From a virus (taxonomy: Duplodnaviria > Caudoviricetes), in IMG/VR virus record IMGVR_UViG_3300014656_000040, positions 1 to 49,044 of that record: a stretch of 49,044 nt of DNA. The stretch is one strand, 5' to 3'. Below, one piece after another: positions 1 to 6,717 of this stretch; within the stretch, counting starts at the first letter, position 1, and each line of letters starts with the position of its first letter. A program made the translations under genes and the position numbers. The notes under the pieces are model-generated. The model was not told the origin of the DNA. It saw only the letters and a program-made list of their open reading frames with translations, and did no database searches.

Positions 1-246
1 CAGGGCGCGAAGGCGTGAATACGCCTCGACGTATTCGCCCGACGTGATGTCGTGCTCGTCTGTGTTCGGTCGATACCCGGATGCCTTAACGAGCGTCAAC
101 AGATCCTGCACCGGCACGATCATTTCTCCGGGGCCGGGGACGGTGACCTTTTTGATCTCCCACGACCCCTTATTGGTGTATCGCTTTCCACCGACAGTCA
201 GACCTAACGATCGACTGTTAACAACAGCCCATCTCTTCTCACTCAT
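1..246 (-). CDS. Hypothetical early protein (MSEKRWAVVNSRSLG...), runs off the left end of the window
   Basis: ATG at 246 overlaps the end of the upstream ORF. The frame is open for 82 codons to position 1. Not in the ORF track; read manually. Confidence 0.55.
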   Translation of the reverse strand, partial: MSEKRWAVVNSRSLGLTVGGKRYTNKGSWEIKKVTVPGPGEMIVPVQDLLTLVKASGYRPNTDEHDITSGEYVEAYSRLRAL

Positions 247-436
247 CGCTCTTTACCTCATCCTCGTAGCAACCGCAACGCAGCTCGGGGCTGTCAATAA
301 TGAATCCCTGCTTGAGTTCGGACATGTCGATCTCGCAAATGGTCAGTATGGTAAGCGGTTCGCCATCTGCTGGGGCTCGTAGCAAGTGTTTGCACGTTTC
401 ACACGCCCGCCAGTGGATGTCGGCTATCGCGGTCAT
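239..436 (-). CDS. Small Cys-containing hypothetical protein
   Basis: 65 aa with CxxC (CETC). ATGA overlap with the upstream gene in a tightly packed operon. Confidence 0.55.
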   Translation of the reverse strand: MTAIADIHWRACETCKHLLRAPADGEPLTILTICEIDMSELKQGFIIDSPELRCGCYEDEVKSDE

Positions 437-708
437 CGAACATCCTCCATCAGCGCATAGACGTTCAATCCGCTCTCGCGGTCTCGCGAGATGATCTCGA
501 TGCGGTAGCCAGCTCTTCGCAAGTCATGAATGCGCGCGCTGTAGCGGATCGCAATCCGGGCAAGCTCGGAATTCGTTGATTCACCGTGTCGCAGACGCTC
601 CAGGATCTTGATGGCCTGCCGGTTCAGGCGCGGCTTCTCGATGTCCGTCACGCGCGGGTCTCTGATCGGTGGCGGTTGCTCGCAGAACAAATCGGTTTGG
701 CGGCTCAT
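433..708 (-). CDS. Winged helix-turn-helix DNA-binding protein
   Basis: Start reassigned to ATG 708 (GAGGA RBS, ATGA overlap). ILERLRHGESTNSELARIAIRYSARIHDLRRAGYRI resembles phage HTH proteins with the 'ARIxDLRxxGxxI' motif. Confidence 0.7.
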   Translation of the reverse strand: MSRQTDLFCEQPPPIRDPRVTDIEKPRLNRQAIKILERLRHGESTNSELARIAIRYSARIHDLRRAGYRIEIISRDRESGLNVYALMEDVR

Positions 709-950
709 GGTTGATTCCTCTTCGAATGCTGCGAAGCGTTCGGGCACGTCGCGAAGTGACTTACGTACGTAACCGGCACGCGGCGGACCACCATTGTCCC
801 ATTTGTCCACTCGACCACGAAGCAGGGCGCGACCAGATCGAGAATCTGCTTCGTACCCTTGTCGTCCATGGCGAACAGTACCTTCTTGCCGCATGATCGG
901 CAATCTCCGGCACGCGCACCGATGATCTCGCGTAGGTCGTCAATGTTCAT
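705..950 (-). CDS. Putative zinc-binding phage protein
   Basis: Start at ATG 950 gives 81 aa. CRSC...SHFATCP is a motif pair common in small phage proteins. Confidence 0.65.
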   Translation of the reverse strand: MNIDDLREIIGARAGDCRSCGKKVLFAMDDKGTKQILDLVAPCFVVEWTNGTMVVRRVPVTYVSHFATCPNASQHSKRNQP

Positions 951-1401
951 CGGTCGAGTCTCCGTTCTGCGACCGACGCCTGGTGACATCTGCGACGTGC
1001 TCGCGGAGCCCAGGGAAGGCGTCGTAGTTGATGCTCCACCACCACACAGAGCGATCTGATCTTCCGACCTGCGCAAGAGGCGTCCAACACAACGGGCAGA
1101 TGCGAGTCGGCTTGTCGCCAGCCATGATGCCGAAAACCTCACCGGCGCGCTCCGCCAGCAGCGGAGATACGAAGGCCGAGCAGATCGGGCACGGCATCAC
1201 CTGTGCCTGTGCCATCAGCTCCGCGTATCGCTGCATGGCCATGCCGTTCGACATGCTTTGCGCAACGCGAACAGCAATATTGATCTTGCCGACGATCTCC
1301 TGCGTCATCTTGTCGATCTGTTCCGCCGTCGCCAGCGGCGCGCGACTGAGGGAGTATGTGTCGTGGGCTCTAAGGATTTTTGACTGCTTGATATCATTCA
1401 T
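940..1401 (-). CDS. Hypothetical zinc-ribbon protein
   Basis: CPIC and CPLC pairs. Overlaps both neighbours in the operon. Confidence 0.6.
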   Translation of the reverse strand: MNDIKQSKILRAHDTYSLSRAPLATAEQIDKMTQEIVGKINIAVRVAQSMSNGMAMQRYAELMAQAQVMPCPICSAFVSPLLAERAGEVFGIMAGDKPTRICPLCWTPLAQVGRSDRSVWWWSINYDAFPGLREHVADVTRRRSQNGDSTDEH

Positions 1402-1814
1402 CCCTGCGGCTCCATCAGCTCTTCAATCCGGTCGTTCACCGCGTCCGCGTTGATCTCCTCCAGTGTCTTGAGGAGCCGCGCGAACGCAGCGCGGGCGGCG
1501 GCATCGCTCGCTGGCATCAGCCGTTGCTTCGGGAGCACGACGCCCGCCGCCTTGGCCGCCGCCTCGCACTCCTTGAGGTGGTCGAACAGTACTCGCATGG
1601 AGCTACCGGTAGCCGTGGCCAGCGCCCTTAGGATCTCCATGTGCCTGTCGTAGCTGAGGCACTCGAGGTACTCCAGCCTGGTGTCGCGGCAGTCGTCGGA
1701 GTCGCCGCGCAGCTCGTGGCACGCCTGCTCGTGGCAGCGATCCCAGAGGGCATCTCGCGTCGAGCATCCAGGCAGGTCGGAGTCGCGGCAATCGCCGGGC
1801 AGGTTGGATGTCAT
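1398..1814 (-). CDS. Hypothetical protein
   Basis: Start reassigned to ATG 1814 (GAGGTG RBS, ATGA overlap): MTSNLPGDCRDSDLPGC... Confidence 0.6.
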   Translation of the reverse strand: MTSNLPGDCRDSDLPGCSTRDALWDRCHEQACHELRGDSDDCRDTRLEYLECLSYDRHMEILRALATATGSSMRVLFDHLKECEAAAKAAGVVLPKQRLMPASDAAARAAFARLLKTLEEINADAVNDRIEELMEPQG

Positions 1815-1999
1815 TTCACCACCTCTGGTTTCTTCATTGCTTCGATCATCTCGTCGGCCTGCTTCGCGCTCATGTAGAGTTCGACCAGTCCGCACGCTCC
1901 GTTGAACTCGATCTTCACGAAGCTCGCGCCGTCCTCTCCCTCCATGAACCGCTTGGCGGTCGGCTTCGAATCGCTGTCGATGTGGACCCTGACGCTCAT
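1811..1999 (-). CDS. Hypothetical protein (MSVRVHIDSDS...)
   Basis: GGAG RBS and ATGA overlap at 1996-1999. Confidence 0.55.
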   Translation of the reverse strand: MSVRVHIDSDSKPTAKRFMEGEDGASFVKIEFNGACGLVELYMSAKQADEMIEAMKKPEVVK

Positions 2000-2493
2000 C
2001 CGATCTTCTCCACGTAGATAGTCCTGCCGCTGTTCTGGCGTTTGAGAAAGCGGGCGGCGGTGATCCGCTTTTGCCAGTATGAATCCGGTCTCCCGCCCGT
2101 GGTCTTCACCTTCTGGCCGGCGGAGCGGCGCGCCTGCTGTGACGACAGCTCGAGGATGGCGTAGAGCTTCGGTGCAGCCTTCGCAAGTCGTTCGATCTCC
2201 ACGGCCAGCGGGCGTTGACTTTCGGACAGCGCGAGGCACCAGCGGACGAGAGCGCAGAGAGATCGGTGCTGCCGGATCGTGAGGCGTGCGCCATCGTAGG
2301 CTCGGACGAACGCATTCGTTGGTCGGTCCAGGTCCGCCATCGCAAGCTTGTTTTCCGCCTTGACGATCCGGTCAATCTCGACGCCGGCGGCGTGGCATGG
2401 GTTGGCGAGATACCAGCGGCAAAGCGTCAGGACGGCGCGATGCTGCTGCTGCGTGAGCCTGGATCGGTCGGAGGAGCGGACGAAGCCGGTCAT
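1996..2493 (-). CDS. Hypothetical protein with an internally duplicated ~55-aa domain
   Basis: Start ATG 2493 with GAGGAGG RBS. Two copies of FVRxxDxxRLTxxQHRxxxxLxRWxLA...VEIxRxxKAxxKL. Confidence 0.65.
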   Translation of the reverse strand: MTGFVRSSDRSRLTQQQHRAVLTLCRWYLANPCHAAGVEIDRIVKAENKLAMADLDRPTNAFVRAYDGARLTIRQHRSLCALVRWCLALSESQRPLAVEIERLAKAAPKLYAILELSSQQARRSAGQKVKTTGGRPDSYWQKRITAARFLKRQNSGRTIYVEKIG

Positions 2494-3125
2494 CGAATGT
2501 CCTCCTCGTGCGCGGCCATGACCAGGGCAACCAGTTCGGTCTCCTGGCGACCGCGCTCGGCGACCCAGGCGGCGTCCCTGGCGACCCTGGCGGCGTCCCT
2601 GGCGGCACTGGCGGCGGCCCAGGCGACCCTGGTGGCGGCCAAGGCGGCACTGGCGGCGTCCCTGGCGGCACTGGCGGCGGCCCAGGCGGCGTCCAGATCC
2701 TGCGCCGCCTCGCACCGATCAGCATGACCTCGGAGCATTGCGGCATCATCATCCGACATTCCCTCCGCAGCAGCCCGCAGCACCGCCGCCAGGGTTTTGC
2801 GAACCGCCCGCATTGCCACGACCCGCGCCCACTCGACAATGACTGGGATCATGACGACCTCGGGCAGTGACCAGAGGATAGTTCGCTCGGATGCACACAG
2901 TTTGTCCGTGAGGACGCCGTGCCGCACGATCTGACCGCCGAGAGTCACCCGATGAAGGTGCAGCCCCGGAGCGTATTGCAAAACGTCGATCAGCTGCTCG
3001 GACGCGTGCAGGCCCGATTCACACGGTACTACCGGGCCGTCGTGTCGGAGGGTTTCACCGATCGGAGGGATCGACCGTCCGTCGCGGAGCGTGCCGGCGG
3101 TGAAATGCCAGGCGAGTGCATTCAT
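2490..3125 (-). CDS. Phage protein with PCESGLHAS N-domain and Ala-rich AAWAAASAARD repeats
   Basis: Recognisable phage architecture: a 'CxxGLHA' domain followed by low-complexity Ala/Arg/Trp/Asp repeats. Confidence 0.75.
   Translation of the reverse strand: MNALAWHFTAGTLRDGRSIPPIGETLRHDGPVVPCESGLHASEQLIDVLQYAPGLHLHRVTLGGQIVRHGVLTDKLCASERTILWSLPEVVMIPVIVEWARVVAMRAVRKTLAAVLRAAAEGMSDDDAAMLRGHADRCEAAQDLDAAWAAASAARDAASAALAATRVAWAAASAARDAARVARDAAWVAERGRQETELVALVMAAHEEDIR
2566..2694. repeat. Coding tandem repeats; a 39-bp block recurs at 2587 and 2650
   Basis: CTGGCGGCGTCCCTGGCGGCACTGGCGGCGGCCCAGGCG occurs twice, 63 bp apart. Confidence 0.8.
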
Positions 3126-3361
3126 TGGTCGATCCTCAGCTCACACCAGTCCTCGTGATCGTCGGTCTCGCTGCCGCAGGACAGGCACCCGGCGAGGTAG
3201 TCCACCGTCACCACGTCGCGGTGGTGGACGCCATCCGGGAGCCATTCGGCCACGTCGTTCGGCTGGATCTCGCAGGAGACCGGGTGCGGCCTCGGCTGCT
3301 CGCCGGGGACGCTGATCTCGATGCGCGCGCCGGCTTTGGTCGTGATGCGGTAGGTGGTCAT
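3122..3361 (-). CDS. Hypothetical protein (MTTYRITTKAG...)
   Basis: GGAGGG RBS, ATGA overlap, C-terminal CxxC...H...C. Confidence 0.55.
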   Translation of the reverse strand: MTTYRITTKAGARIEISVPGEQPRPHPVSCEIQPNDVAEWLPDGVHHRDVVTVDYLAGCLSCGSETDDHEDWCELRIDQ

Positions 3362-3723
3362 CGCTCGACCCTCCCGTGCCGGACCGTCGCCTCGGTACTC
3401 TCCAGCTCCTCGCAGCAGGTCGGACAATTTGCGGCGTTGTCCTGGGGGCGGGTCGCGCCGCAGTCTGGACAGCCGGAAGCGTCCTGACTGATGGCGTCCA
3501 GCGCGGTGTCGGCGCTATCGACAAGGTGCCGGAGCTGCGCGACGGAGAGGAACAGCGCGCAGTCGTCGCCCAACTCGACCGCCGTGAACTCGCGCGGGTT
3601 CTTCGCGTGCGCCGGGAAGTGCTTGACCCGAGGCATCGCCTTCTTGGAGATGTGGATGTGCGCGCCGGCCAAGCAAATGTCCCCACTCTTGGTGGTGTAC
3701 TGGCGGTATGTGTGGATGTTCAT
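3358..3723 (-). CDS. Hypothetical protein with C-terminal zinc ribbon
   Basis: Start ATG 3723 (ATGA overlap). CPDC...CPTC. Confidence 0.55.
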   Translation of the reverse strand: MNIHTYRQYTTKSGDICLAGAHIHISKKAMPRVKHFPAHAKNPREFTAVELGDDCALFLSVAQLRHLVDSADTALDAISQDASGCPDCGATRPQDNAANCPTCCEELESTEATVRHGRVER

Positions 3724-3923
3724 CTGGAGCCATCCTGATTTGGTGCCGGAGCGACCAGCGACCGCAGCCTCCGAGCCGACTTGATGTGAATTTCGCGCCC
3801 GGTCCGCAGACTGACGCCGACCCATCCGCTCAGGTAGTGCGGGCGCACGATCCGGACGGGAACGATGTTGCCGCTGACCTTGACTGAGTAGGTCGCTCCG
3901 AGCTTGATGTCCTTCGCCTTCAT
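3720..3923 (-). CDS. Small basic beta-rich phage protein
   Basis: MKAKDIKLGATYSVKVSG...GW...TGREIHIKSARRLR resembles a motif I associate with planctomycete prophage proteins. AAGGAG RBS. Confidence 0.7.
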   Translation of the reverse strand: MKAKDIKLGATYSVKVSGNIVPVRIVRPHYLSGWVGVSLRTGREIHIKSARRLRSLVAPAPNQDGSR

Positions 3924-4157
3924 CGGATGATCTCCTTCAGCTTCCGCTCCATCTTGTCGATCGCGAGCTTCGCGCCGGTCCGGTATGCCTCGTCGAGCGC
4001 CTGACCGATCGCGCGGACGCTCACATCGAGAAAGTCGAGCGAGTCGCGGCCTCTGATCTCGAACGTCGGGTGATCGTCGTCGAGCAGTCGGTGCTTGCGG
4101 GCGATCTCGGTCAGTCGCTCAAGCATGGTCATGGGCGGGTTGGGGTCGGCGGTCATG
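3920..4157 (-). CDS. DUF6900-like protein
   Basis: LTEIARKH...RGRDSLDFLDVSVRAIGQALDEAY matches the recalled DUF6900 pattern (RxxDSLDFxDVxVxxIxxALxxAY). AAGGAG RBS before MTADP; start approximate. Confidence 0.7.
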
Positions 4158-4227
4158 GCGGTATCTCCTTTTGTTGACATGGATGGTAGCGGGTCGTTGG
4201 TGGGTGGCCCGCGTAGGCCCGGGGGCG

Positions 4228-4407
4228 CTAGCCGATCGAGATCAGCGGCTCCGCCATCTCGCGCTCACCGCGCAAGGCGTTCTCGGCCTCTTCGCGAGTG
4301 AGGTGTACAGAGACCAGCCCCGCCTCGTCTTCGATCGCGTAGTAAGTCTCGCCGAATCGGTTGGTGCCCTCAGTGACTCTGGCGGACTCGCGGATGATGG
4401 CGCTCAT
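4228..4407 (-). CDS. Small acidic early protein (MSAIIRESARV...)
   Basis: GGAGG RBS before ATG 4407. First gene after the predicted promoter. An alternative leaderless start exists at 4452. Confidence 0.6.
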   Translation of the reverse strand: MSAIIRESARVTEGTNRFGETYYAIEDEAGLVSVHLTREEAENALRGEREMAEPLISIG

Positions 4408-4458
4408 GGCTGCCTCCGGGTTAGGTGTTGTGGTTGTCTCCTCGTGTCTCATGTGCTC

Positions 4459-4488
4459 ATTCTACTCCCGTTTATCGGCACAATTCAA
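4459..4488 (-). promoter_or_regulatory. Sigma70-like early promoter TTGAAT-N18-TAGAAT
   Basis: Lies in an AT-rich intergenic gap and points into the small-gene operon. An inverted repeat CCGAAA-AAGA-TTTCGG sits just upstream (4507-4522). Confidence 0.55.
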
Positions 4489-4533
4489 CGGCAAGTAGAG
4501 ATTATTCCGAAAAAGATTTCGGCGCTAGACTGG

Positions 4534-4839
4534 CTACTTTCTGGACTCCGCCAGCCCCAGCATCGGCCGGGCGTAGGAGTAGGCGATCGCGCGCGCCTCT
4601 ACGAGCTGGAGCAGGACCTCGTCCAAGGCCGGCGGGAACTGCATCCCGGCGTCCTTGGCATCCTTGAAGCACGCCTTGAGCTGCTCCAGGGCCTCGTCCA
4701 TCATGCCGCGCACCAGGCTGGCGCGCTGTGCCGGCGTCAGGCCCTTGATCCGGGCGTTGATCGCCGTCGCCGAGGTCAGCTCCTCGATCCACTCGCTCTC
4801 GTCCGTGCGGGTCTCATCGGTCATCGTCGCTGTCGTCAT
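4534..4839 (-). CDS. Hypothetical protein
   Basis: 101 aa, GGAG RBS, helical composition. Confidence 0.6.
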   Translation of the reverse strand: MTTATMTDETRTDESEWIEELTSATAINARIKGLTPAQRASLVRGMMDEALEQLKACFKDAKDAGMQFPPALDEVLLQLVEARAIAYSYARPMLGLAESRK

Positions 4840-5263
4840 GGTCAGTCTCCAGTAGATGGTGAATTGAAACCACAGTCCGCGGGGATTCGTCGCCCGCGGC
4901 GATTCGTTTGCGAGCGCGAATGTCCGCTACCTGCGCATCGTCGCGCCAGGCGATCCCGGACAGTGCATCCATCGTGGCCTTGCAACAGTTGTCAAGGTCG
5001 GGCGTTTTCACATGCCACACGGACGGCATCGGCTTCCGCTTCCAGACCATGTTTTTCGGTCGCGGGAACACGAACACGATCAACAGCGCGACCGGGCCGT
5101 CCAGGAGCGTCACGCCGGCAGAAGCGGCAGCCTCCCGGATCGTCGCCTTGTAGGCGTTCACCGGGTGTTTCGTGGGCGTCCAGTTGCGGACGTGGCCAGC
5201 CACGATCCCGTGCCGCTGCCGTGGTTGTCCGATCGGAGGGCCGAGGGCGGTGATGGTGATCAT
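4814..5263 (-). CDS. rusA: RusA-family Holliday junction resolvase
   Basis: PDLDNCCKATMDALSGIAWRDDAQV matches the RusA catalytic D-x-D-N-x-x-K...D...DD motif. Confidence 0.9.
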   Translation of the reverse strand: MITITALGPPIGQPRQRHGIVAGHVRNWTPTKHPVNAYKATIREAAASAGVTLLDGPVALLIVFVFPRPKNMVWKRKPMPSVWHVKTPDLDNCCKATMDALSGIAWRDDAQVADIRARKRIAAGDESPRTVVSIHHLLETDHDDSDDDR

Positions 5264-5289
5264 GGGTTACCTCGCAACTCGTGGAAGGT

Positions 5290-5438
5290 GGGCGGCGCCC
5301 CGACATGAAGCGCCGCCCGTGCTGTAATGTGTCGTTGAGTGAGGTGCCGTTTCGTGGAGTGACGTGGCGTGGAGTGATGTGTTGTGGCGTAATGTATTGC
5401 CGCCATGCTTACGCCGGCGGGGTGGCCGGAGATCCGGC
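5290..5438 (-). ncRNA. Predicted guide-like RNA 1: structured leader + 16 x (NN-HAC) pentamer array + 3' hairpin
   Basis: Leader 5398-5438 is shared with RNA 2. Array at 5319-5398. Perfect 9-bp stem at 5290-5298/5310-5318. Transcription is inferred. Confidence 0.6.
5319..5398 (-). repeat. Period-5 array, 16 units (plus strand GTD-NN; minus strand NN-HAC)
   Basis: GT at 5319, 5324, ... 5394 without exception. Third base is G in 11 units, A in 3, T in 2. The last two bases vary. Confidence 0.95.
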
Positions 5439-5933
5439 CGGATTCTGTCCAAGAAAGTGTTTCAGCGTTGCATCGACAGACAGGCGTTGCTGCTGCGCCG
5501 CCGATTCGAGCTTCTTCGCCTCGGTCGGTCGTGTGATGCTATGCATGACGGTGAGCACTGACAGCCGCGCATTGTGTCGCGCGCGATCCTCTGTGCTCAT
5601 CGCCTCGAAGCTGACACAGGTGATCTGTCGGATGCCACGTTTGGCGGCTCGTCGAATTCGCCGGCAGTGGTCGTCACCAGACGCAACGATCTCTGAATCG
5701 GTCAGGCGTTTTAGACCAACCCCACGGATCGCAGCGAAGACCGCTTGGTGATCGTTGAGCATGTGGTTGCGGGCCGTCGCGATGATCCACTTTCGATCCC
5801 GCACGAGAACGCCACACGCATCATTCATCGCCTTGTAGTCGATCGTGCTACCGACAGGACAATCCACGAGCAGACGAATCAGAGCCTCTGCCTCGACAGA
5901 TATTTGAAAGTTCGGCCGTTCGGTTCCTGGCAT
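5409..5933 (-). CDS. Accessory basic protein of the RAMP/pentamer-array locus (possible winged-helix nucleic-acid binder)
   Basis: 174 aa, AGGAGG RBS, Arg-rich. The C-terminus AGSPATPPA is encoded by the array leader. Confidence 0.75.
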   Translation of the reverse strand: MPGTERPNFQISVEAEALIRLLVDCPVGSTIDYKAMNDACGVLVRDRKWIIATARNHMLNDHQAVFAAIRGVGLKRLTDSEIVASGDDHCRRIRRAAKRGIRQITCVSFEAMSTEDRARHNARLSVLTVMHSITRPTEAKKLESAAQQQRLSVDATLKHFLGQNPAGSPATPPA

Positions 5934-5944
5934 CAGTCACCTCC

Positions 5945-6511
5945 TTATATTCTATCAGACCACTTGATCGACATGACGCGGAATCGGCCTTGAGTACCGC
6001 CATTCTCGCCGCGGAACTGTCCGATGCCGATGAGTTCTCCAGCCTCAACCAGAACGCGCTCGAACACTTCAGGCGTGATCTCGTTGTCAATCACGTACAC
6101 GATAAACTTCGAGCGCCACGAGGTGATGACGGGAATCCAGCGAGGTACGCGCGTGCCAACTCCTCGCTTACCGCGAGGATTGGCCGAAATCACGATGGGA
6201 TTGACATCAGCGGCCTTCACGTTCGTTACCGGATTCTCGGTAATTAGAAGCCCCGACTTGAAGTTCTTCGTGTAGCGCTGGTTGCCCTTCCCAGGAATGG
6301 CGATCGCAAGGCGCGTCGCTGCGGTTTCCATCGCGAACTTGATCCCCATCGCCGGAATGACGACGTATCCATCATCGTTCACGTGAAGTTTGTTCCGCCA
6401 CGTACGCTCCTCCCAGGCGTTGTCCTTCTCCTTGTCCAGCTTCGGCGTTCTGTGGTCCCGCGACTGACCGTAGGCGCACACAGACTCTAGTTCGATTTCA
6501 GCAATCCTCAT
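5945..6511 (-). CDS. Solo Cas7/RAMP-like protein
   Basis: Start ATG 6511 with AAAGGAG RBS, 188 aa. Has an N-terminal beta strand (IEIEL-like), GYVVIPAMGIKFAM (RAMP 'IPxxxxK' helix) and a C-terminal Gly-rich loop GIGQFRGENGGTQGRFRV. Confidence 0.75.
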   Translation of the reverse strand: MRIAEIELESVCAYGQSRDHRTPKLDKEKDNAWEERTWRNKLHVNDDGYVVIPAMGIKFAMETAATRLAIAIPGKGNQRYTKNFKSGLLITENPVTNVKAADVNPIVISANPRGKRGVGTRVPRWIPVITSWRSKFIVYVIDNEITPEVFERVLVEAGELIGIGQFRGENGGTQGRFRVMSIKWSDRI

Positions 6512-6530
6512 AGTTTCTCCTTTCGTGGTA

Positions 6531-6717
6531 GTGCGACTCCGCATGATGAGGAGCCGCACGAATGTGATGTGATGTTGCGTGGTGTGGCGTGTTGTGGAGT
6601 GTTGTGTCGTGTCGTGTTGTGGCGTGTCGTGTCGTGGCGTGTCGTGAGGTGCGGTGTTGTGGCGTGGTGTGGTGTAATGCCGCCAACTTACGTCGGCGGG
6701 GTGGCCGGAGATCCGGC
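6531..6717 (-). ncRNA. Predicted guide-like RNA 2: structured leader + 23 x (NN-HAC) pentamer array + 3' hairpin
   Basis: Leader 6678-6717, array 6564-6678. The 10-bp stem at 6531-6540/6550-6559 has one G-U pair on the minus strand. Confidence 0.6.
6564..6678 (-). repeat. Period-5 array, 23 units (plus strand GTD-NN; minus strand NN-HAC)
   Basis: GT at 6564, 6569, ... 6674 without exception. Third base is G in 21 of 23 units. Confidence 0.95.

Noticed and set aside
5319-6678. Pentamer arrays as a CRISPR array or simple microsatellite
   Set aside because: There is no 23-50 bp repeat/spacer structure. Units vary at two fixed positions with no indels, and both arrays have shared structured flanks.
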